From Acidobacteriota bacterium (GTDB lineage Bacteria; Acidobacteriota; UBA6911; RPQK01; CBDAPI01): a DNA stretch of 64,000 nucleotides. Position numbers and translations under genes: made by a program. The stretch's first letter is position 1. The number at the start of each line of letters is the position of its first letter. Below, one piece after another: positions 29,699-37,845 of this stretch. The stretch spans positions 1,927,628-1,991,627 of the forward strand of contig CBDFLV010000006.1 in the NCBI GenBank assembly GCA_965249245.1, given 5' to 3'. The notes under the pieces were generated by a model. The model was given only the letters and a program-made list of their open reading frames with translations. It searched no databases and had not been told where the DNA came from.

Positions 29699-32062
29699 AT
29701 GGGAATCGAGCAAGTCCTTCAGAAGTGGAGCCGGCTGCGAGAAACCGGGGAAGCCACCGCCTGGATTCGACTCGAGGCCCAGCCGGCTGACTATCGGGAA
29801 CTCCCCGATGGCCTGGATTCCGGACTCGTGCAGGCCCTCGCCGCCCGCGGTATCGGTCGCCTCTATTCCCACCAGCAACAGGCCTTTGACCTGATTCGAA
29901 AGGGCGACAACCTGGTGGTCGTCACACCGACAGCCTCGGGCAAGACCCTCTGTTACAACCTGGCAGTCCTGCAGCGAATGCTGGAAGACAATCAAGCCCG
30001 AGCTCTGTACCTGTTTCCCACCAAAGCCCTGGCCCAGGATCAACTCGCCGAGCTGGCCGCCCTCACGCAGAAGCTGTCTGCGATCCCTGGAATCGATATC
30101 TACGACGGAGATACTCCGGCCGATCGGAGGCGCCGGATCCGCAAACAGGCTCGGATCGTGCTCACCAACCCGGACATGCTCCACACCGGTATCCTGCCGC
30201 ACCACCCGAAATGGATCGAGTTTTTCCAGAACCTCGAATACGTCGTTGTGGACGAGATCCACACCTATCGGGGTATCTTCGGCAGCCACGTGGCCAATGT
30301 CTTCAGACGCCTCAAACGGATCGCTCGCTTCTACAATTCCAGCCTCCAGTTCATTGCCTGCTCCGCCACCATCGCCAATCCCGACGAACTCGCCTCAGGG
30401 CTGTTCGAGGAACCGGTCGTTTCGATTGATCGAAGTGGAGCTCCCCGCGCGGCCAAGGACGTGATTCTTCTGAATCCCCCTCTTCGCAACCCCGGCCTGG
30501 GGCTGAGGCAGAGCGCCTTAACCTGCGCCCGCCGATTCGCCAGCGACCTGTTGAAGGAAGGTGTTCAGACGATTGTGTTCGCCACCAGTCGGGTGAACGT
30601 AGAGATACTGCTGCGGTACCTGCAAAAAAGCATCCCGGCAGCAGCCGGTGAGGCTTCCAGAATCCGAGGTTACCGGGGAGGCTACCTGCCACGTACCCGC
30701 AGAGAAATCGAACGGCAGCTTCGAGAGAAAGAGCTTCTGGGCGTGGTCAGCACCAACGCACTCGAGCTGGGGATTGACATCGGCAGCCTGGGGGCCTGCG
30801 TGCTGGCCGGGTACCCCGGAACGATCGCTTCCACCTGGCAGCAGATTGGACGAGCCGGCCGTCGCCGGGGCCTCTCGGTGGCCATGCTGGTGGCTCGGAA
30901 TCTTCCTCTGGACCAGTTTATCGTCAGCTGTCCGGACTACTTTTTCGACCGTTCACCTGAACGGGCTTTGATCCACCCCGACCATCTCCATATTCTTGTC
31001 AGCCACATCAAGTGTGCTGCTTTCGAGCTCCCTTTCCGCAGGGGCGAGAAGTTCGGCCACCAGGATCTCGAGGAAATCCTGACGTTCCTGGCTGAGCACG
31101 GACTGGTCACGAAGGCCGGGGATACCTGGCACTGGTCGGATGAGTCCTATCCTGCGGATTCTGTCAGTCTGCGCAGCCTGGCCGAGGAAAACTTCGTCGT
31201 CTTCAATCTAGAAAACGGAAACCGGGCGATCGCCGAAGTGGATTTCGATTCGGCACCCGAGCTGATCCACGAAGGGGCCATCTATCTTTGTGAAGGCCGG
31301 CAATACCATGTCGAAAGGCTCGATTACGCGGGACGAAAGGCCTATGCCGAGCCGGTGGACGTGGACTACTACACCGACGCCATCACCCATTCCAGACTCC
31401 GGGTTCTCACCATTGAGGAGAGCCGGGAGCACCCGCCCATGACAGTCCAACATGGTGAAGTCCACCTGGTCACGAAAGTTCCGGGCTTCAAGAAAATCCG
31501 TTTTTATACGGGTGAGAACCTGGGCTACGGAAAGGTCGAGCTTCCGGTGCACGAACTACACACCATGGGCTACTGGTTCAGCCTTCGAGAAGCCAAACTC
31601 GAGGCCATCGGCTTGACTCGCGATGAGACGATCCTGGGCTGTCTGGGACTCTCCTTTGCCCTGAACACCGTGGCCACGCTGCTGGTGATGTGCGATCCGC
31701 GAGACCTGGGCCGCTGCGTCGGCGACCGCAGCACCGCCTGGTTCGCACTCGTAGACCAGGGTGCTGTGAGGCTCTATTCATCCGGATCCTCCCCTATGGA
31801 AACCAGCCTCGACTCAGTGGGCGGCTTTGACCCCACCATTTTCCTGTTCGATAATGTGCCTGGCGGCATCGGCTTTTCCGAGAAGTTGTTCGAGAACCAT
31901 TCGGAGCTCATGCTCCAGGCACGCCGTCTGATCGAGCGGTGTCGCTGTACGGTTGGGTGTCCCTCGTGCGTTGGACCCGTCAATGAACTGGCCCAGAAAA
32001 CCCGCGGCGCCGCCCTCACAATCGCGGAGATGATCAGTACGGCGACCATTGTGACGCAGTAG
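29699..32062 (+). CDS. mrfA: DEAH helicase with DUF1998 four-Cys domain (MrfA/YprA/Hrq1 family)
   Basis: TPTASGKT, PTKALAQDQ, DEIH, SAT, TNALELGIDIG, QIGRAGR, C.C..GCPSC. Confidence 0.92.
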   Translation: MGIEQVLQKWSRLRETGEATAWIRLEAQPADYRELPDGLDSGLVQALAARGIGRLYSHQQQAFDLIRKGDNLVVVTPTASGKTLCYNLAVLQRMLEDNQARALYLFPTKALAQDQLAELAALTQKLSAIPGIDIYDGDTPADRRRRIRKQARIVLTNPDMLHTGILPHHPKWIEFFQNLEYVVVDEIHTYRGIFGSHVANVFRRLKRIARFYNSSLQFIACSATIANPDELASGLFEEPVVSIDRSGAPRAAKDVILLNPPLRNPGLGLRQSALTCARRFASDLLKEGVQTIVFATSRVNVEILLRYLQKSIPAAAGEASRIRGYRGGYLPRTRREIERQLREKELLGVVSTNALELGIDIGSLGACVLAGYPGTIASTWQQIGRAGRRRGLSVAMLVARNLPLDQFIVSCPDYFFDRSPERALIHPDHLHILVSHIKCAAFELPFRRGEKFGHQDLEEILTFLAEHGLVTKAGDTWHWSDESYPADSVSLRSLAEENFVVFNLENGNRAIAEVDFDSAPELIHEGAIYLCEGRQYHVERLDYAGRKAYAEPVDVDYYTDAITHSRLRVLTIEESREHPPMTVQHGEVHLVTKVPGFKKIRFYTGENLGYGKVELPVHELHTMGYWFSLREAKLEAIGLTRDETILGCLGLSFALNTVATLLVMCDPRDLGRCVGDRSTAWFALVDQGAVRLYSSGSSPMETSLDSVGGFDPTIFLFDNVPGGIGFSEKLFENHSELMLQARRLIERCRCTVGCPSCVGPVNELAQKTRGAALTIAEMISTATIVTQ

Positions 32063-32085
32063 ATACCGGCTTTTATGAATCAGAA

Positions 32086-33324
32086 ATGAAACTTCGCCAA
32101 CAACTGGACAGGCTATATGGCCGGGGAAACTCCCCCGTTGCAACCGAGATCGGAAGTCTGCGACTCGAACTGGAGAAGATACGAGAGCAGCAGACAAGAC
32201 ACCTGGCCGATGAAATAGACGGCTACTGGGCAGACGAAGATTCGGGCCGAACCCTCGTCATCGATCGTTCGATGCCGCTTCAGCAGCAGCATGCCGGCGT
32301 CGAGCTCGAGCACTACCTGAGCATCGACCGGAAGTCATTCGGCTTGCTTTTCGGGGACACCGATCTGTTCCATTTTGACCCTGCCAGGACGGTCTTTCTC
32401 GACACCGAGACCACCGGCCTCTCCGGAGGCGCCGGAACCTATGTCTTTCTAGTGGGGCTGGGGTACTTCGACGACTCCCGGTTCGTCATCCGCCAGTTCC
32501 TCATGCCCGGGCTGGGGGCCGAGCCGGCCCACCTCTCGGCCCTGTCCCGGCTGGTAGCTGCTAAGGGGTTTGAGCAGCTCGTGACGTTCAACGGCAGGAG
32601 CTTTGACCTGCCCCTCCTCAATGACAGGTATGTCCTCAACCGCCTGGCCAGCCCCTTTGCCGGGCTGAAGCACCTGGACCTTCTTCACCCCAGCCGTCTC
32701 CTGTGGCGCCGCAAATTCGGGAACTGCTCCCTGCAGGGATTGGAACAGTCGGTGCTGAGGTTTTACCGGGAGGGAGATATCGCCTCCCATCTGATTCCGC
32801 GCATTTTTCTGACCTTCGCCCGCTCCGGTCAGACCCACGGGCTGCGGCCCGTCCTCAGGCACAACCGGACAGATATCCTTTCCATGCTGAGCCTCTGCTG
32901 TGTCGCCTGCAGGATCCTCTGTCAAGCGGCGAAACAGGCCGAGATTGATTCGATATCTCTGGCACGCTTCTATCGAATCAGAGGCCACCGCAGCCTGGCA
33001 ATTGAATGGCTGCGGCGGGCCGTCTCGGAGCTGCCTGAAAATTCACCCGACCGCCTCCATGCGCAGTCGCGGCTGGCAGAACTGCTTCGGAAGAGCCGCT
33101 GTGAGTCCGATGCACTGCCTCTTTACCTCGACCTGATTCAGTCCTGGCCAGATCCGCCCTCCTCGATCTTCGAAGGAGCGGCGAAGATCCTCGAGCATTC
33201 AAAAAGGGACTTTGCCGCAGCTCTCGAAATTGTGGAGCAGGCTCAACGCCTTTACCCGACTTCAACCTTTGCCAGACGGCACCATCGGCTGGTCTGCCGG
33301 CGGGCCGGGAAACGGTGGTACTAG
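32086..33324 (+). CDS. mrfB: RNase H-like exonuclease with TPR tail (MrfB/YprB family)
   Basis: FLDTETTGLSGGAGT, TFNGRSFD.P, HLDLLH, HN..DI. Adjacent to mrfA. Confidence 0.88.
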   Translation: MKLRQQLDRLYGRGNSPVATEIGSLRLELEKIREQQTRHLADEIDGYWADEDSGRTLVIDRSMPLQQQHAGVELEHYLSIDRKSFGLLFGDTDLFHFDPARTVFLDTETTGLSGGAGTYVFLVGLGYFDDSRFVIRQFLMPGLGAEPAHLSALSRLVAAKGFEQLVTFNGRSFDLPLLNDRYVLNRLASPFAGLKHLDLLHPSRLLWRRKFGNCSLQGLEQSVLRFYREGDIASHLIPRIFLTFARSGQTHGLRPVLRHNRTDILSMLSLCCVACRILCQAAKQAEIDSISLARFYRIRGHRSLAIEWLRRAVSELPENSPDRLHAQSRLAELLRKSRCESDALPLYLDLIQSWPDPPSSIFEGAAKILEHSKRDFAAALEIVEQAQRLYPTSTFARRHHRLVCRRAGKRWY

Positions 33325-33454
33325 CGCTCGTTGGGCTCGCGCTGGTTGAAAGTTGAAAGTTGAAAGTTGAAAGTTAAACTCCTTCAACCTTCAACCTTTA
33401 ACCTTTAACACTGAAAGCGACAGCGAGGGGCAAATGCACTAAAATCCCGGACCG

Positions 33455-33670
33455 ATGTCTCGTAAAGTCGCGTACCGGCTGGTGATCGGTTACTTTATTG
33501 TGGCCGTGTTGACCACGATGTGGCCGATCTATCCCTTCTTCTCTCGCATCCGACCCCTGATTCTGGGGATGCCCTTTTCCATGGCCTACCTGGTCTTTCT
33601 CCTCGTTCTTTCCTTCCTTGTGCTGGTCAGTCTCTACACCTGGGAACGACGACGGGACGGGATGGAATGA
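33455..33670 (+). CDS. Small membrane partner of the symporter (DUF3311-like)
   Basis: Two TM helices with P.ILGMPF. ATGA-coupled to the symporter. Confidence 0.78.
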   Translation: MSRKVAYRLVIGYFIVAVLTTMWPIYPFFSRIRPLILGMPFSMAYLVFLLVLSFLVLVSLYTWERRRDGME

Positions 33671-35133
33671 TCGAACGCTGGGTCATCATCTTTGCGGTCA
33701 CACTTGCCTACCTTCTGGCTTCACTGGCCATAGGTCTGCTGTCGGGCCGCAAGACCAGCGCCGGAACCGAAGGTTATGTAGCCGGAGACCGGGCTCTTGG
33801 ATTCCTGGTCATGTACTTCATCATGGGCGCTTCCATTTTCAGTGCCTTTGCCTTCCTGGGTGGGCCCGGATGGGCCTATTCGAGAGGAGCCGCCGCTTTC
33901 TACATGATCGCTTACGGCCTGGCCGGTCTGGTCCCCTGGTATTTTTTCGGACCCAAGGTCGCCAGGCTGGGTCGTCGCCATCACTATGTGACCCAGGCTG
34001 AGTTACTCGCCGATCGGTATCAGAGCAGGGCTATCTCCGTTCTGCTGGCCCTGATCAGCCTGGTGGCCTTCCTTCCCTATCTGCAGCTGCAGATGCAGGG
34101 AGCCGGGTACGTCTTTTCGACGGTGACCGAGGGACGGGTTCCTGAGTGGGCCGGGGCCGCGATCGCCTATGGGGTCGTCCTTACCTATGTCTTTAAGAGC
34201 GGTGTGACGGGCGTCGGGTGGACGAACACCTTCCAGGGAATCCTGATGATGTCGCTGGCCTGGATTCTGGGTCTGTACCTGCCTTTCAAACTGTACGGGG
34301 GAGTGACCCCCATGTTCGAGCAGTTGGCCGCCAAAGCACCGGACATGTTGACGGCTCCAGGGTTGGACGAACATGGGAACCTCTGGACCTGGGGCGGCTA
34401 CTCGAGCGCCATCGCAATCTCTACGATCGGCTTCAGCGTGTGGCCTCACACCTTCATGAAAATCTATACGGCCCGCAGCATTCGCACCCTGAAACAGACG
34501 GTCGTCTTCTATCCAACCTTCCAGATCTTCCTGGTTCCCATCCTGTTCATCGGATTCTCGGCGATCCTGGCTTACCCCGGTGTGGAGCAGGCAGACACCA
34601 TCTTGCCTTTCGTCGTGACTTCCATGGATCTTCCGGCTGTGGTGGTGGGACTCTTTTGCGCCGGCGCTCTGGCGGCCTCCATGTCCACCGGAGACGCCCT
34701 GGTTCATGCGGCGGGCTCAATCCTCATCAAGGACGGCTACAGGGTCCTGCTCGAGCCCGACATGCCCGAGAAAACAGAGACCCGGTACATTCGGATTTCG
34801 GTGATCTTGATTGGCGCTGTCGCCTACTACTTCGCAGTCTTTTCCGAGGTCTCCCTGGTCTATCTGCTACTGCTGTCCTACGGAGCGATCGGCCAGTTCT
34901 TCCCGGCTGTGATCGCCACTCTCTACTGGCGGCGCTCCACGCCGGCCGGAGTTCTGGCGGGACTGGTAACGGGGTGTGTCATCACGCTGATCTGGAATCT
35001 GTTCCCGGGCCTGCAGTGGGAGGATATCCATCCCGGGATCTGGGGCCTGGTGGGCAATGTACTGGTGATGTGGACCGTGTCCCTCTCCACTCCCCCCATG
35101 CCCCCGGAACACGTGGCGCGGTTTGTGGACTAA
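33667..35133 (+). CDS. Sodium:solute symporter family protein
   Basis: FSAFAFLGGPGWAY, GALAASMST. Real start is the ATG at 33667. Confidence 0.92.
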   Translation: MIERWVIIFAVTLAYLLASLAIGLLSGRKTSAGTEGYVAGDRALGFLVMYFIMGASIFSAFAFLGGPGWAYSRGAAAFYMIAYGLAGLVPWYFFGPKVARLGRRHHYVTQAELLADRYQSRAISVLLALISLVAFLPYLQLQMQGAGYVFSTVTEGRVPEWAGAAIAYGVVLTYVFKSGVTGVGWTNTFQGILMMSLAWILGLYLPFKLYGGVTPMFEQLAAKAPDMLTAPGLDEHGNLWTWGGYSSAIAISTIGFSVWPHTFMKIYTARSIRTLKQTVVFYPTFQIFLVPILFIGFSAILAYPGVEQADTILPFVVTSMDLPAVVVGLFCAGALAASMSTGDALVHAAGSILIKDGYRVLLEPDMPEKTETRYIRISVILIGAVAYYFAVFSEVSLVYLLLLSYGAIGQFFPAVIATLYWRRSTPAGVLAGLVTGCVITLIWNLFPGLQWEDIHPGIWGLVGNVLVMWTVSLSTPPMPPEHVARFVD

Positions 35134-35255
35134 GCTCGCTCTGCTCGTGGTTATTGGTTCGGTTGAAGGTTAAAGGTTAAGAGTTGAAGGTGGTGCTCCA
35201 GATTCGAATGTGGGAGGCGCCTGTGGCGGCGACTCTGCTCTCGTGAACGTACAGG

Positions 35256-35420
35256 CTAGTGCACTGTCCCGGAAGTTCACGCCGCTACTTCGGGCGTCTT
35301 TTCGCCGACAGCTTTGTTGCGCTACCTCGAAAGAACCCCGGTCTTCCTGCGTCGCGCGCCTAGCTGGCGACGAAAATCCATCCCGAATTAACCCCGCGAA
35401 CTTCCGGGACAGTACACTAG
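35256..35420. mobile_element. 165-bp MITE, copy 2, inserted in a REP doublet
   Basis: Same terminal IRs and flanking CTAG as 22503-22667. It splits the REP at 35210-35447. Confidence 0.88.
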
Positions 35421-35667
35421 GCGGTCGCGGCCCGAGTCCCCTCCCACTCTCCCAGTTTCGAGTTTCGAGCTGGTTTCGAGCAACATGCCCACCGAGTTCC
35501 GGTTTCCCGAGTTCCGCGCAGACGAGCATTGAGTCGGCCTGAAGTGGGAGGCAGCTCGGGGCGGCGACCGGCGTTCCAGGTTCTAAGAACTTTCAACCTT
35601 CAACTTTCAACCTTTAACCGAACCGGTAACCAATAACCAGTAACCAGCAACGGCCGGGCGAGCGGCC

Positions 35668-36849
35668 CTAGAACCCCGCCCGTTCCGCCAGCCTGGGCCA
35701 GTCCCGGGCCAGGGCCAGGTTCGCCTGCAGCCCCACATCCAGATCCGCAATCGCGATCGATTCATCCACCGTGTGGGCCAGGTTTTCCTGGCCCGGGGCA
35801 AAGCCGATCACGAGCATGCCTGCATCGGCAAAGTGACCTCCGTCGGTGGCAAACCTCCACAACTCCGTCTCCTCCCGGACCTCCGTCACCGGATCCAGGG
35901 CCTGCTTGGCCCCGGTCAGCGCCGGATGGGACTCTGGAATCACATAGGCGGGCTGATAACTGGAGTATTCCATCTCCACACCCCCAAAGCTCTTCACCTG
36001 GAATTGGCGAAGTTCCACGGCGGCTGTCGAGCCTTCAATGAGACACCTCCGGGCCGTTTCCTCGAGCCGCTGCATCACATCCTCTCCTGTTTCGCCGGGA
36101 ATGTTCCGCCAGTCCAGGGTCAACCACGCCTCACCGGGGAGCACATTGGAACTCGTCTGATCGGTTCGAATCAACGTCGCAGCCAGGCTGGATGTCCCCA
36201 GCTCGGGGTCCTCTGCCATCTCCAGCGAAGCCAGTTCGTTAAGGAACCGGGCAACCACGAACAGGGGATTCACACCCGTCTCGGGAACGCTGGCATGCAC
36301 ACTGCGCCCCTGAACATGCAGGGTCAGCTCGGTACGTCCGCGATGGCCCCGTCTCAGCCGGTTCTGCGAGGCCTCGCCTACCACCACGAGCGGAACCTGA
36401 AGGTGGGTTCCCAGGTGGCGCGCACCCAGGCCACCCACTTCCTCCTGCACCACGGCACTTACGTACACATCGCCCGGCGGGGATTCCTGAGCCAGGGGGG
36501 CCACGCCATAAACCTGGGCAGCCAGGGGCCCCTTGATGTCCATGGCTCCGCGCCCCCACACCTTGCCCTCGTGAATCTCACCTCCAAAGGGGGGGAAGGG
36601 CCAGCGCGACTCGTCTCCGACGTCCACGTGGTCCAGGTGTGTGTTGAGCATGACGGCCGGTGCATCTCCTTGACCCCGGATCAGCCCGATCACGTTTCCT
36701 GCTTCATCTTCACGAACCTGATCAAAGCCGAGATGCTCCATTTCGCGGTGGACCACCCGTGCGATCTCTTCCTCCCGGCCAGGAAGACTTTGGGTCTGAA
36801 TCAGGCGTTGCAGAAACTGAACACAGGCTTCCAGATCAAATGCTTTCAT
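35668..36849 (-). CDS. M20-family metallopeptidase/deacylase (ArgE/DapE/YgeY-like)
   Basis: HLDHV, GRGAMDIKG, VQEE, HAS.P, TDG, AHT.DE. Confidence 0.9.
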   Translation of the reverse strand: MKAFDLEACVQFLQRLIQTQSLPGREEEIARVVHREMEHLGFDQVREDEAGNVIGLIRGQGDAPAVMLNTHLDHVDVGDESRWPFPPFGGEIHEGKVWGRGAMDIKGPLAAQVYGVAPLAQESPPGDVYVSAVVQEEVGGLGARHLGTHLQVPLVVVGEASQNRLRRGHRGRTELTLHVQGRSVHASVPETGVNPLFVVARFLNELASLEMAEDPELGTSSLAATLIRTDQTSSNVLPGEAWLTLDWRNIPGETGEDVMQRLEETARRCLIEGSTAAVELRQFQVKSFGGVEMEYSSYQPAYVIPESHPALTGAKQALDPVTEVREETELWRFATDGGHFADAGMLVIGFAPGQENLAHTVDESIAIADLDVGLQANLALARDWPRLAERAGF

Positions 36850-37019
36850 GGCAGTCAGCTTCCCACTCTCCCCGGAGCCTCGTCAAGTCTCTTACCGGTT
36901 CCGCGTTCCAGGGTGGGCCGCGACCTGCGGACCGAAAGAGTGGGAGCGACCTGTAACGTTTCCTCGTTCGGACCACGGAGGGTCCTCCCACCCTGGGCAT
37001 GTCACACGACGGCAAAACG

Positions 37020-37766
37020 ATAGGGGTAGGGAAAGCTCATTGGTTTGAGCCTCCCCTCCCTCCGAACCGGACGTGCGGTTCTCCCGCATCCGGCTCTCCA
37101 GTCAGTGGGGTCCACGGCGGGACTGACAGATCTGCGCGTGGGCTACGGCCATGGTAAATAGCCCCTGCTCGATAAAGTAGGCATTTTTGCCTCCTTTCAC
37201 TCCTGTTTCCAGGGTCGTCAGCATGCGTTCGGTCCACACTTCCGCTTCCACCCAGCTCCATTTCTGGCTCTCGGCTTCTCTGCCTTGCTTAGGAGTCTCC
37301 TCCACTTTCGACAGTTCCTCTTGCTTCGTCATTGACTCTACACATCCACCTTCCTGGCGGGCCTTCGCTCCACCGGCATTACCCGGCTTCTTCACTACTA
37401 CGCCGCCTCTGACTTCTGCGGGTCTCTTACCAGACCGACCTTTCGCAGACCTCCTCGCTTTACGTCACTTGAACTTCCCACCATTCCATCTCCAACCACC
37501 CCAAGGGTTAACAAGATGCCTTTTTCACGTTACCCATCAGGCTCTTGTCCGTGTCAGGTTTCCCTTCCATTCGAGCTTCGCCATTTCCCAGCAGGCTCGC
37601 TGTCCCCTCTGAGCCGAATCGAGTTCGTCTCCTACAGACTGGTGGTTCTCCTTCGGCTGCTTCCCACCCCACCTCACGATGACGCAGTTGCCGTCGAATA
37701 CGGGCCGGAGAACGTTTGCCCGGTAGGGACTTTCACCCTACTGTTCAAGTGCGCTTACGAGCGCAC
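37020..37766 (-). mobile_element. Group II intron copy 2: complete ribozyme, RT ORF internally deleted
   Basis: GTGCG 5' end at 37766, DV GAGCCGGATGCGGGAGAACCGCACGTCCGGTTC, DVI ending CCTACCCCTAT at 37020. The residual ORF joins GVKGGK directly to NAYFIEQGLF. Confidence 0.92.
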
Positions 37767-37845
37767 TGGGAGCGGCCTCCCTGCCGCGAACCTGTTCGGA
37801 CGCCGACCTGGAACTTGGAACGGCGCGAGCGTAGCGAGCGCGATT

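Noticed and set aside
19430-29699. LexA/SOS boxes upstream of SRAP, radC, ligD and mrfA
   Set aside because: No convincing GTTC-N7-GTTC or CTGT-N8-ACAG site found by eye; nearby GTTC hits belong to heptamer repeats.
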